Assembly (NCBI GenBank): GCA_963812135.1
Contig: CAWETU010000001.1
Span: 1,312,001 to 1,376,000 of the forward strand
From: Vulcanimicrobiota bacterium
Lineage (GTDB): Bacteria; Vulcanimicrobiota; Vulcanimicrobiia; Eremiobacterales; Eremiobacteraceae
Direction of reading: 5' to 3'
DNA: 64,000 nucleotides
Part shown: piece after piece, positions 46,131 to 55,380 of the stretch
Position numbering within the stretch: position 1 is the first letter of the stretch
How the letters are laid out: each line of letters begins with the position of its first letter
Program-made: the position numbers and the translations under genes
The notes under the pieces: model-generated
What the model was told of the DNA's origin: nothing
What the model saw: only the letters and a program-made list of their open reading frames with translations
Database searches by the model: none

Positions 46131-48521
46131 TTGAACCTAACGACGAGACAAAAAGCATGGATGATCGCCGCCATATTCGCTGCGACCATCGCGGTCGCAT
46201 TGCTCGACTATGCGATGCCGGCGATCTCGTTGAGTCCGCTTGCGTTCATCTTCGTCATCGCGATGTCGGCCGTCGCCGGCCTGAGGTGGGGCCTTGGGCT
46301 CGCTTTGTTCGCCGCGCCGCTCTACACGTTCGCTGACCGGAGCCTAATCGGGGTTCCCAGTGGCCCGGCCTACATCAACAGCCTCATCATGTTCGCTGCG
46401 CTGGCGACGACCGTCGTGCTTGTCGCGGTCAGCCGCGATCGTTTTGCCGCCGCCCGATTGGCAGCGAAAGACCTCGAGCAGACACGCGCTGAGAATGAGG
46501 CGCTTCGGCAGCTGCATTTGGCGCAAGATGCGGCGCGCCTGGCGGAACGACGCTACCGGGAGCTCGGCGAATCACTGCCCTTCGGGATCTGGCAGCTGGA
46601 TGCGTCTGGCACGAACCTGCTCTACGTGAGCGATTCATTCACCCAGATGCTTGGGATGACCAAAGAGCACATCGTCGAAGGCGGCTGGATGCAGCGGGTG
46701 CCCACGCAGGATCGCGAGCAATTCATCGCTGCGTGGGCCGCTCGCGATCCCGATCGCGTCTTCGAAGGAGAGTATCGCATCCGCGGCGCGGATGGCAAGC
46801 AGTACTGGATCTTGTCGCGTGGCGTTGCGATGCGCGACGAGAACAACGACGTGAGCGGCTGGGTGGGATTCTCGCTGGACGTGACCTCTCGCCGTCAGGG
46901 AACCGATCAAGTCGCGTTCTTGGCCGAGCTCAGCCGGGTTCTTTCGCTATCGCTGGATCCGGCGACGACGCTCGAACGTACTGCGCAGCTCATGGTCCCG
47001 CGTGTGGCGGACTGGTACGCGGTCGACCTGCTCACTGAGAGCGGTAACGTCGAGCGCGTGTTGATGGTGCATTCGGATCCGACCTTGACGCTGCAGGCGC
47101 GCGCGCTGCTCAAGCATGCTCCGAGAGACCTTTCGTTTCCAGAAGGCGCGCCGCATGTCATCGCGACCGGCAGGCCGGCGACCTACGATCGCCTGCCCGC
47201 GGACGCCGTGGCCCAATTGCGAGACGACGATCCGCTGCGGGCGGTGCTCGAGCAGTTCGCCTCTTGTTCGGCGATCGTCGTGCCGCTGGCCGCGCGCGAC
47301 CGCACGATCGGCGCGTTGACGTTTGTCTCGTGCGACACCGAGAAGCATTTCGATTCTGACGACTTACTGTTCGCGTATCTGATCTCTCGACGAGTCGCCA
47401 TCGCGTACGATAACGCGCAGCTCTACGCTCGCGAGCATCAGGTGGCCGACATCTTGCAGCGCGCATCGCTGCCTGAGACGCTGCCCGAGGTGCCAAGCAT
47501 GAGCATCCGAGCGTTCTACGTGCCGGGCGCGCGCGAGGCCGAGATCGGCGGCGACTGGTACGACGCGTTTCAACTGCCCGACGGCAGGCTCGCATTGTCC
47601 ATCGGCGACGTCGCCGGCAAGGGGTTGCAGGCCGCGGCGACGATGAACAGCGTGCGTTTGGGCCTGCGCGCGGCCGCTTTCGAGAATCTGCCGCCGGCAG
47701 CCGTCATGGCGCGCGCGAATCAGCTGCTGCTCAACGACAAGCCGACGATGGTGACTGCGATCTTCGGCATATTGGACGCGGTGACGCAACGTTTCACGTG
47801 CTCGATCGCCGGGCATCCCATGCCGGTGCTCATTGATGCCGCAGGTAACGCCACGTCACCGGAACCCGTGTCCCCGCCGTTGGGAGTGTTCCGCGAAAGC
47901 ACCTTCCCGGAACAGAGCCTGGACATCGGGCTTGGATCGCTCTTGATCCTGTTCACCGACGGATTGATCGAAGTCGAGCGCGACATCTCGGCCGGCGAGA
48001 TGCGCCTGCGCGAGGCTGGTCGTCTCGCGTTGCAGCGAGGCGAACCCAATGCCGCGCGGTTTATCGCCGAAACGCTGGTCGGCATCGCGCCGAGCGATGA
48101 CGTCGCGGTGCTCACCGTCGCCACTTCCGTGGAACCCTTGCGCGAACTGGACTTGACCCTGCCTGCACTGCCCACGAGCGGGAGGCTCTTCCGCCAAGCC
48201 CTACACCGCCTGTATCTGGCTGTCGGCTTACCTGAGGATCGCATCGCGAGCATGCAGGTCGCCGCGGGCGAGGCGATCATGAACGCCATCGAGCACGCGT
48301 ACGGCGTGCGTGGGGGGCTCGTGCGCGTCCGCGGAACGGTGGAGAGCGGCAAACTCGTCATCGAGGTAAGCGACCGCGGACGTTGGCGCGCGCCGCGTGA
48401 TGACGACCGCGGTCGCGGCCTCGAGATCATGTCGGGTCTGGTCGGCGACGTGACGGTCGACCGCAGCAAAGAAGGCACGGTGGTGCGGCTGGTCTCTCCG
48501 GTCGGTGAAAGCGCCTTTTGA
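46131..48521 (+). CDS. TM-PAS-GAF-PP2C(SpoIIE)-HATPase partner-switching regulator
   Basis: GGDWYD, IGDVAGKG, AGHP, FTDGL, DDVA; GEAIMNAIEHAY, GRGL. Confidence 0.92.
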   Translation: MNLTTRQKAWMIAAIFAATIAVALLDYAMPAISLSPLAFIFVIAMSAVAGLRWGLGLALFAAPLYTFADRSLIGVPSGPAYINSLIMFAALATTVVLVAVSRDRFAAARLAAKDLEQTRAENEALRQLHLAQDAARLAERRYRELGESLPFGIWQLDASGTNLLYVSDSFTQMLGMTKEHIVEGGWMQRVPTQDREQFIAAWAARDPDRVFEGEYRIRGADGKQYWILSRGVAMRDENNDVSGWVGFSLDVTSRRQGTDQVAFLAELSRVLSLSLDPATTLERTAQLMVPRVADWYAVDLLTESGNVERVLMVHSDPTLTLQARALLKHAPRDLSFPEGAPHVIATGRPATYDRLPADAVAQLRDDDPLRAVLEQFASCSAIVVPLAARDRTIGALTFVSCDTEKHFDSDDLLFAYLISRRVAIAYDNAQLYAREHQVADILQRASLPETLPEVPSMSIRAFYVPGAREAEIGGDWYDAFQLPDGRLALSIGDVAGKGLQAAATMNSVRLGLRAAAFENLPPAAVMARANQLLLNDKPTMVTAIFGILDAVTQRFTCSIAGHPMPVLIDAAGNATSPEPVSPPLGVFRESTFPEQSLDIGLGSLLILFTDGLIEVERDISAGEMRLREAGRLALQRGEPNAARFIAETLVGIAPSDDVAVLTVATSVEPLRELDLTLPALPTSGRLFRQALHRLYLAVGLPEDRIASMQVAAGEAIMNAIEHAYGVRGGLVRVRGTVESGKLVIEVSDRGRWRAPRDDDRGRGLEIMSGLVGDVTVDRSKEGTVVRLVSPVGESAF

Positions 48522-48877
48522 CGCCCGACGCACATCTCTCGAGGCAAGTGGTCGAAGGGGTTGCCGTCGTGGTCGCGCGTGGCGAGATCGACATCGGGAA
48601 CGTCAACGAGCTTCGAGCGTTTCTCGAGACGTCGACCGATCCTGACGGTCCGGGCATCGTGGTCGACCTAAGCGACGCGACCTATTTCGACAGTCGCACG
48701 ATTGCGACGCTCGCTGAATTCTGCGCGCGTATGCGCGTCAGCCGCCAACGGCTCGCCATCGTGGCCGCCGACGGCGGCTTCGCCGCTAAGGTGCTGCGCA
48801 TCGCCGGGCTGACGCTGATCGTGCCGACCTTTCCGGGGGTCGCGGACGCGGTCGCGCTCGTCAAACGCCCGGGCTAG
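48518..48877 (+). CDS. STAS anti-sigma factor antagonist
   Basis: GEIDI, VDLSDATYFDS, VLRIAGL. Confidence 0.9.
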   Translation: MTPDAHLSRQVVEGVAVVVARGEIDIGNVNELRAFLETSTDPDGPGIVVDLSDATYFDSRTIATLAEFCARMRVSRQRLAIVAADGGFAAKVLRIAGLTLIVPTFPGVADAVALVKRPG

Positions 48878-49029
48878 GCGACCCGTCTGCCGGTAACGAG
48901 GTTGATCACGAACACGACGAGCGCGATCACCAGCAGAATATGGATGAGCGCCCCGCCGATATGCATCAGCAACCCGATCAGCCATAGGACGAACAACACG
49001 ACGATAATCGTCCAGAGCAAGTTAGCCAT
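48874..49029 (-). CDS. lmo0937/DUF5670-like small membrane protein
   Basis: LLWTIIVVLFVLWLIG..GGALIHILLVIA. Confidence 0.85.
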   Translation of the reverse strand: MANLLWTIIVVLFVLWLIGLLMHIGGALIHILLVIALVVFVINLVTGRRVA

Positions 49030-49136
49030 TCGTTCAATCTCCTCAGGAAGTTTGGGCAAAGTATCCCACACTCATATTCCCGACAACGACGCGCCGCAAA
49101 CAATTTGAGGCGCTGTTTGCGCGCGTCTCCCGCGGG

Positions 49137-49349
49137 CTATGTGGATTGCGGATTAGGTGCAGCCGTCGCGGGCGGCGCGGCGGTGGGTTGGACCACCGTC
49201 GTCGACGTGTTATTGGTCGTCGATGTTGGCGCCGTCGTCCACGGGTGCCACGCGAACATCACGATGAGCGCCGCGATCACCACGACCGCGACGATGCCGA
49301 AAATGGTCGGGCCGTTGTTCGTATCGCGGACCTCGGGTGTGTAGCTCAT
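49137..49349 (-). CDS. Small single-pass membrane protein
   Basis: AAAGGAG RBS; TM helix and T/P-rich tail. Confidence 0.65.
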   Translation of the reverse strand: MSYTPEVRDTNNGPTIFGIVAVVVIAALIVMFAWHPWTTAPTSTTNNTSTTVVQPTAAPPATAAPNPQST

Positions 49350-49431
49350 GAAACTTGCATCTCCTTTTTCGAGCGGTGCTGCGACCACGTATACCCGCTT
49401 CATTTCGCACTCTAACGGGTATAAGAACGAC

Positions 49432-50013
49432 ATGAGTACGATACAACATCGCGCGCAACTGTTCGCCCTCGCATGTGCTTGTTTGGCCGCGCTGACCATC
49501 GCTGGCTGCACGCAGAAAGGCGCTGCAACCACGAACCTCGGCGACAAGCTCGCGCCGTTCGCGCAGACAAGAAGCCAGGCGATCGCCATGGTGACGAACG
49601 CGAAGCGCGTATTCGACGCACCGTCGATCAACCAGCTGATGCTGGCCTACACGGATCTTGAGCTCAAGAGCAACGCGTATGCCGGTTTCCTTGTCGAGTC
49701 CGCCAAGACCGGCACGTTCGATACGCGCAAGAACGATGAGTACGCGTTCGGATTGCGCAGCGCCATCGGCGCGTTCAACGTGACGTACGCGACGCTGCAG
49801 AGCGCATCGCCGACTCCGTCAAAGGCCATGACTTCGACGTGGCTGTCCGACGCTTGGGTCGCGCCGTTCGCGCAGTCGGTCCAAGCGTATTGGGAGCGGT
49901 ATCACGACACGCTGGCGTCGTCGCCGCAGACGGTAGCCTACGTCACGCAGCAGATCAAGAGCGACACGATCTACCCGAACTTCGAAGACATCGCCACCGA
50001 GCGCATCCGCTAG
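49432..50013 (+). CDS. Putative lipoprotein
   Basis: IAGC lipobox. Confidence 0.68.
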   Translation: MSTIQHRAQLFALACACLAALTIAGCTQKGAATTNLGDKLAPFAQTRSQAIAMVTNAKRVFDAPSINQLMLAYTDLELKSNAYAGFLVESAKTGTFDTRKNDEYAFGLRSAIGAFNVTYATLQSASPTPSKAMTSTWLSDAWVAPFAQSVQAYWERYHDTLASSPQTVAYVTQQIKSDTIYPNFEDIATERIR

Positions 50014-50022
50014 ACCACGCGC

Positions 50023-51393
50023 ATGAGCCCACGGGTGAAAAGGGCGCGTGGCTCTGCGCGCAACGAGCGAAAAGCCGGCAGGGTACGGCCGGCGACCGAC
50101 ATCGGGGTTCGCGAAGCCAAACTGCGCCGCGAACCCAACTTCCTTCGGCGGTTCTGGGCCCTCTTAGGACCAGGGCTCATCACCGGCGCTTCGGATGATG
50201 ATCCTTCCGGCATCGCGACCTATGCAGTGGCCGGCGCCTCGCTGGGTTACTCGACGCTGTGGACCGCACTGGTCACCCTGCCGATGATGGCGGTGACGCA
50301 GTTCCTGTGCGCCAAGATCGGGCTGGTCACCGGGCGCGGACTGGGCGAAGTGCTTCGCCTGCGCTATCCGCAATACATCGTCGTTCCGCTCGTCGGCGCG
50401 TTGGTGATCGCCAACTGCATCAACGCCGGTGCGGACATCGGCGCGATCGCGGCCTCCATCAACCTGCTCGTCCCTATCCGGATCGTCATTCTGGTGGCGC
50501 CCATCGGTCTGATCATTCTGGCGCTCCAGGTCTGGGGCTCGTACAGGCTGATCTCGACGATTTTTAAGTGGCTCGCTTTCGCGCTGCTCGCCTATATCGG
50601 ATCCGCGTTCTTCGCGCGACCCGACTGGCTTGCGGTGCTGCGCGGCACGTTCATCCCGACGATATCGTTCAACGCGACGTACCTGACGACGCTTGTCGCG
50701 ATCTTGGGCACGACTATCTCACCGTATATGTTCTTCTGGCAAGCAAGGATGGAAGTCGAAGAAGACATCGAGTTCGGCAGACACACGCTTCGCGAGCGCA
50801 AAGGCACCACCGACGCCGAGATGCGCTACACCGCCGCGGACGTCGGCACCGGCATGCTCTTCTCGCAGATCGTGATGTTTTTCATCATCTTATCCTGCGC
50901 CGCCACGCTCCACGCGTCTGGCCAGACGCACGTCCAGACGGCGGCCGACGTCGCCAAAGCGCTCGTGCCGCTGGCGGGCAAAGGCGCCGAGCTGCTCCTG
51001 GCGATCGGGATGATCGGCGCCGGCTTCTTGGCGGTGCCGATCTTGACCGCGTCGTCGGGCTTTGCGCTTTCCGGCGCATTCGGATGGAAGGCCGGGCTAT
51101 CCACGCACCCTGGGCGCGCGCCTCAGTTCTATGCTGTGATCGTCGCGTCAACGGTGATCGGCATCGCGATAAATTTCCTGGGGATCAGCCCGGTAGCGGC
51201 CCTCTTCTGGACAGCCGTCATCAACGGCGTATTAGCGCCGGTGCTCTTGGTTTTCGTCGTACTGCTGAGCAACGACGCGAAAGTGGTCGGGAAACGGACG
51301 AATCCACCGCTTGTCAATGCTGTAGGATGGTTGACGACCGCCGCGATGGGGGCTGCGGCGGTCGCGCTGTTCGTGTTCTGGGGGAAGTCGTAA
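50023..51393 (+). CDS. NRAMP-family divalent metal transporter
   Basis: GPGLITGASDDDPSGI, GTTISPY, AVINGV. Confidence 0.92.
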   Translation: MSPRVKRARGSARNERKAGRVRPATDIGVREAKLRREPNFLRRFWALLGPGLITGASDDDPSGIATYAVAGASLGYSTLWTALVTLPMMAVTQFLCAKIGLVTGRGLGEVLRLRYPQYIVVPLVGALVIANCINAGADIGAIAASINLLVPIRIVILVAPIGLIILALQVWGSYRLISTIFKWLAFALLAYIGSAFFARPDWLAVLRGTFIPTISFNATYLTTLVAILGTTISPYMFFWQARMEVEEDIEFGRHTLRERKGTTDAEMRYTAADVGTGMLFSQIVMFFIILSCAATLHASGQTHVQTAADVAKALVPLAGKGAELLLAIGMIGAGFLAVPILTASSGFALSGAFGWKAGLSTHPGRAPQFYAVIVASTVIGIAINFLGISPVAALFWTAVINGVLAPVLLVFVVLLSNDAKVVGKRTNPPLVNAVGWLTTAAMGAAAVALFVFWGKS

Positions 51394-51522
51394 ACGTCGC
51401 GTCGCGCGCGCGCGTCGTTTGACGCTTCGCTCTGCGGGAATAAACGTTGCACCGATGCTCCTGCGCTGAGCAGGAGCATCGGTGCAAACCCGGGGGCATG
51501 CGTGAAAGGCGCGTCAACACCG

Positions 51523-51900
51523 ATGAAACAGCAGATCGTCGCGGTTCCGAATTCGATCGGCGATGCGCTCGATGCCATCGATCAGCTGGCGGACGCTGGC
51601 GAGCTTGGGCGCGCGAGCGCCCAGACGCTGGAGCTGCTGTGCATATGGGGCTGGGACGACGGCTTCGCCTCGGTGCGCCGGCTTGACGCCAACGAGTTGT
51701 TCGCGATGTCGCCGGCTGAGCTGAAACGCGCGCTCCACGACTTGGCATCGCGCGGGTTCATCCAGTTGCGCGACGCTGGAGAATGTTACGCCATCGAAGT
51801 GACGTCGCTGGCGGTCGCCGCCATCGCCGCGGGCCTCGGCATCTCGTGGTGGCGGTACTATCACGTCGATATCGACGTGGAGAGCGACACCGGTGCCTGA
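51523..51900 (+). CDS. Hypothetical winged-helix-like protein
   Basis: MSPAELKRALHDLASRGFI. Confidence 0.55.
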   Translation: MKQQIVAVPNSIGDALDAIDQLADAGELGRASAQTLELLCIWGWDDGFASVRRLDANELFAMSPAELKRALHDLASRGFIQLRDAGECYAIEVTSLAVAAIAAGLGISWWRYYHVDIDVESDTGA

Positions 51901-52075
51901 TCGCAAATGCGCGCATGAGTCATGCACGTGCAACGTCCGCGACGACGCCAAGGCGTTTTGTTCGGATGCGTGCCGCGAGGCGCGCAACGAGCTCGGCCGT
52001 TGTCTGTGCGGCCACGCGGCCTGCGCCGAGAATCAAGAGCAGCTTCAGCAAACCGAAGAAACCAGCGGGTCATAG
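51893..52075 (+). CDS. Bacterial metallothionein-like protein
   Basis: CAHESCTC, FCSDAC, CLCGHAAC (8 Cys, 2 His in 60 aa). Confidence 0.78.
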   Translation: MPDRKCAHESCTCNVRDDAKAFCSDACREARNELGRCLCGHAACAENQEQLQQTEETSGS

Positions 52076-52144
52076 CGTCCGCCGTAGGTTCGCTCGTGGC
52101 CTTTGGTGGGTAAAACGACCCTACAGGAGGTCATACGCTATCTC

Positions 52145-53206
52145 ATGATCAGAACAGAACGTGGCCCCGCTCTCGCGATCGCCGCGATCGCTGCACTCGT
52201 CGCACTCGTCCTGCTCTTCATCCCGCAGATAGCCCGAGCCGACGTGCGCGTCGTCGTCAATGGGCAGACCGTGCAATTCGACCAGCCGCCGATCGTGCGC
52301 GCTGGACGCGTCTTCGTCCCGCTGCGCGGCGTGTTCGAGCGTCTGGGCGCCAGCGTCGTCTACGACAATGGCACCATTAACGCGACTGGCGCAGGTCATC
52401 AGATCCAGGTCCGCATCGGTTCGACGCAGGCGCTTGTGGACGGCCAATCGCGAACGCTCGACGTCGCACCGTTCCTCGTCGGCGCGCGCACGCTCGTGCC
52501 ACTGCGCTTCGTCTCGGAATCCCTTGGCGCAAACGTCCAGTGGGACGACAATTCGCAAACGGTGACCATCAACGGCAACGGCAACTCGTACGCGCCGCCG
52601 CCGCCGGCTGCGACCGTCGGCCTCACGAACGTGCAGCCGGGACGCAACAGCTCGGTGCAATCCTCGCGGCCGGCCATCTCCGCGCGCTTCAACTCGCCGG
52701 TCGACCCCAACAGCGTGCGTATCCTGCTGGATGGACGCGACGTCTCGAGCACGGCATACGTGTCGGCGAACGATTTTCTGTTCACGCCCTCGTATGACTT
52801 GACGGCGACGACCCACACGGTGGAAGTCACGGGCAAATCGACCAGCGGTGCGAGCTTCGATCGGTCATGGACGTTCACGGTTGGCGGTGGCGCCACGAGC
52901 AACTACCTCAACAACCTCTCGCCGCAAAACGGCGCGACGGTCGGCAGCACGTTCACGGTGTCAGGAAGGACGCTACCGTACGCGCACGTGCGCGTGGCGG
53001 CGACGGCTTCCGCCATCTATGGCGGCATCTTGCGCGCGGTGCTCGGCACGTACACGACCGACGTCGTGGCAGACGCCAACGGGAACTTTTCTGCCCAGGT
53101 GAGCTTGGGAAACACGACGAGCGGCGGCAACGTCACCGTGCGCATCACCTCGCAGGACCCGAACACGAACGCGGGCGCGACGGCGACCTTGAGTTTGAAC
53201 TCCTAA
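52145..53206 (+). CDS. Secreted protein with copper amine oxidase N-terminal (stalk) domain and Ig-like domains
   Basis: GRVFVPLRGVFERLGA, RTLVPLRFVSESLGANVQWD. Confidence 0.85.
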   Translation: MIRTERGPALAIAAIAALVALVLLFIPQIARADVRVVVNGQTVQFDQPPIVRAGRVFVPLRGVFERLGASVVYDNGTINATGAGHQIQVRIGSTQALVDGQSRTLDVAPFLVGARTLVPLRFVSESLGANVQWDDNSQTVTINGNGNSYAPPPPAATVGLTNVQPGRNSSVQSSRPAISARFNSPVDPNSVRILLDGRDVSSTAYVSANDFLFTPSYDLTATTHTVEVTGKSTSGASFDRSWTFTVGGGATSNYLNNLSPQNGATVGSTFTVSGRTLPYAHVRVAATASAIYGGILRAVLGTYTTDVVADANGNFSAQVSLGNTTSGGNVTVRITSQDPNTNAGATATLSLNS

Positions 53207-53231
53207 AGAGAACGGAGGTTCGATCAATCAG

Positions 53232-53939
53232 ATGAAACAACATCGTGAAGCGATCTATGGGGCTACCGCGGCGATCGCTCTGGCGGCTGCGTTCGCGCTT
53301 GGCGTCCACGACGCGCGTGCGGATGCTCCCGCGATGCAACCGCCGCAAACCGATGTGCGGGTGATCGCGCTCCAGCCGAGCATGGACGCGATCGTCCCCT
53401 CGACGCGGCCCGGCTTCTCCGGCGAATTCGGCGTGCCAGTCGATGCCAACAGCATCCGATTCTTGATCGACGGTCAGGACGTCTCAAGCAGCGCCTACGT
53501 GTCGCGCACCGACTTCATGTTCAGCGCGCCGTTCGATCTGGCGCCGCAACGCCACACGGCCGAGATCACCGGCAAAGCGATGAACGGTGCCGGCTTCGAC
53601 AAGTCGTGGAACTTCGGGTCTAGTGCGAGCGGCAGCGTCGACAACTTCGTCAACGACCTAACTCCTGCGACGGGCACCCTGGTAGGCGCGTCGTTCACCG
53701 TGACCGGGGCGACCCTGCCCAATTCGCGCGTGCGCGTTGCGGCATCGCCGGCGCTGGCGCCGTCAGGCGCACTGGCCACCAGCGACGCCACCTTCACCAT
53801 CGATGCGATTGCGGGTGCCGACGGACGCTTCGCCGCGCCGATCCAGATGGCCGCGCCAGGTCCACTGACCGTGCGCGTCGTCTCGATCGAACCGGCGACG
53901 AACGCCGGGGCAAGCGCGACGATTTCGCTTCACGACTAA
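53232..53939 (+). CDS. Secreted Ig-like paralogue of the upstream gene's C-terminal half
   Basis: PVDANSIRFLIDGQDVSSSAYVS versus PVDPNSVRILLDGRDVSSTAYVS. Confidence 0.8.
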   Translation: MKQHREAIYGATAAIALAAAFALGVHDARADAPAMQPPQTDVRVIALQPSMDAIVPSTRPGFSGEFGVPVDANSIRFLIDGQDVSSSAYVSRTDFMFSAPFDLAPQRHTAEITGKAMNGAGFDKSWNFGSSASGSVDNFVNDLTPATGTLVGASFTVTGATLPNSRVRVAASPALAPSGALATSDATFTIDAIAGADGRFAAPIQMAAPGPLTVRVVSIEPATNAGASATISLHD

Positions 53940-53946
53940 AAACGCA

Positions 53947-53982
53947 GAGTCCCGGGCCAAACAGCCCGGGACTCTTTCCTTT
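53947..53982 (+). terminator. Rho-independent terminator
   Basis: agagtcccgggc-caaaca-gcccgggactct then tt-cc-ttt. Confidence 0.75.
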
Positions 53983-54018
53983 CACCGACTCTGCCAGAGC
54001 GCGGAGCGCGCGACGGCA

Positions 54019-54248
54019 CCTGCGCCTCACCGCGCGGCGAATCTTTGGGAGATTTTTGACTTCGCCGCTCCTTCGCCGGCTCTCGCCGACTCAAAGGGCT
54101 CGGCTTTCGGCTGCCGCGCGCGTCCCCGCGCGATCTGCACGAGCGCGAACGAGGCCGCCGAAAGCCGAACCCTCTGAGTCGGCGAGAGCCGACGAAGGAG
54201 CGGCGAAGTTAAAATCTCCCAAAGATTCGCCGCGCGGTGAGGCGCAGG
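54019..54248. repeat. Long imperfect inverted repeat, arms about 92 bp
   Basis: 54019-54111 versus reverse complement of 54157-54248: about 4 substitutions and 1 indel. Confidence 0.92.
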
Positions 54249-54284
54249 CCGGCCTCGTTCGCGTGAAGTGCGGGTGCGCGGGGG

Positions 54285-55379
54285 CTAGTGGGATGCGCGG
54301 GCGATCGCGGTATGCGCCGCGAGATAGGAAAGCGTGCTCTCCGCGCCCATGTTGCGATTGCGCCGGCCAACGCCGATGCCGTCGTGGCAGCCGCCCGTCT
54401 GGGGGTCCGCGACGACGAGTCGTTCCGTGTTCGCGCCGACGAACCAGGCGAACGCCTCGAGGGCGCGTGCGCGGTACGCTGCGTCGCCGGTGTACTCCTC
54501 GGCGGCGAGCCAGGCGTCGACCATCGCGCACGCCTCGATGGGCTGCTGGTCGTGGCGCGCTCGCGTGCCGCCGCGCGGGTACCAACCTTCATTGCCGATG
54601 GGGACGAAAACATTTCGCTCGTGCGTGACATCGCCGAGAAATTGGAGCGCCCGGATGCCGCAGTCGCCGAACGCCTTGTCGTCAAGCGCTATGGCCGCAC
54701 GTAACATCGCTTCGGGCAAGCGCCCGTTGCCCCACACGAGGGTCGGTTCCCACCAAGGCCAGTCATCGGTAGCGGCCGCGTTGAACTCGTCGAGCAGCAA
54801 GCGCCCGAGCACTTCGAGCGTACGCCGCGCCTCTTGCGATCGCGCCGCCATCAACGCAGCGCCCAGCATCGCGTACGCGCGCGCACGCGAGGCCGTCAGC
54901 TGACGCGCCGTGCTCCACTGGCGCGCGAGCAGAATCTCCGCGCGCTCGCGCCACTGCGCTTGCGTACCGCGCGATGCCGTCACGCCGAGCGCCCAGATCG
55001 CGCGGCCGGTCGCATCTTGCGAGCGTCCGCCTTCCACGATGAAGTCGCCCGCTTGATCGAGCATATTGTGGAAGCCGTCAGGCAGCTGCGTCCGTTCGAG
55101 CAGTGCGAGCGCCGCTTCCCCGACGCGATGCGCCTCGGCGTTGCGCGGATCGATCGCGAGCACGTCGACGGCGACGATCAGTGCTCTCGCGTTGTCGTCG
55201 ACGCAGAATCCTGAGGAGAGATCGCGCGTGTCGCCCTGGGCGAACTGGACGACGCCCAGATGATGGCAGAGCGCGCCCAAATGCGTGAGATTCGGCGCCT
55301 TGCCTCGCGCGGCGTCGAGCATGAGCGGATGCACGGCTCGGCCTGGCACCCGCGATGAACGCTGCGTCGCCTTCAGCAC
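54285..55379 (-). CDS. Six-hairpin glycosidase-like partner of GT4 glycosyltransferases (start uncertain)
   Basis: FCVDDNARAL, WPWWE, GNEGWY, DQQPIEA, GGCHDG, NMGAESTL. Confidence 0.8.
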   Translation of the reverse strand: MLKATQRSSRVPGRAVHPLMLDAARGKAPNLTHLGALCHHLGVVQFAQGDTRDLSSGFCVDDNARALIVAVDVLAIDPRNAEAHRVGEAALALLERTQLPDGFHNMLDQAGDFIVEGGRSQDATGRAIWALGVTASRGTQAQWRERAEILLARQWSTARQLTASRARAYAMLGAALMAARSQEARRTLEVLGRLLLDEFNAAATDDWPWWEPTLVWGNGRLPEAMLRAAIALDDKAFGDCGIRALQFLGDVTHERNVFVPIGNEGWYPRGGTRARHDQQPIEACAMVDAWLAAEEYTGDAAYRARALEAFAWFVGANTERLVVADPQTGGCHDGIGVGRRNRNMGAESTLSYLAAHTAIARASH

Positions 55380-55380
55380 A

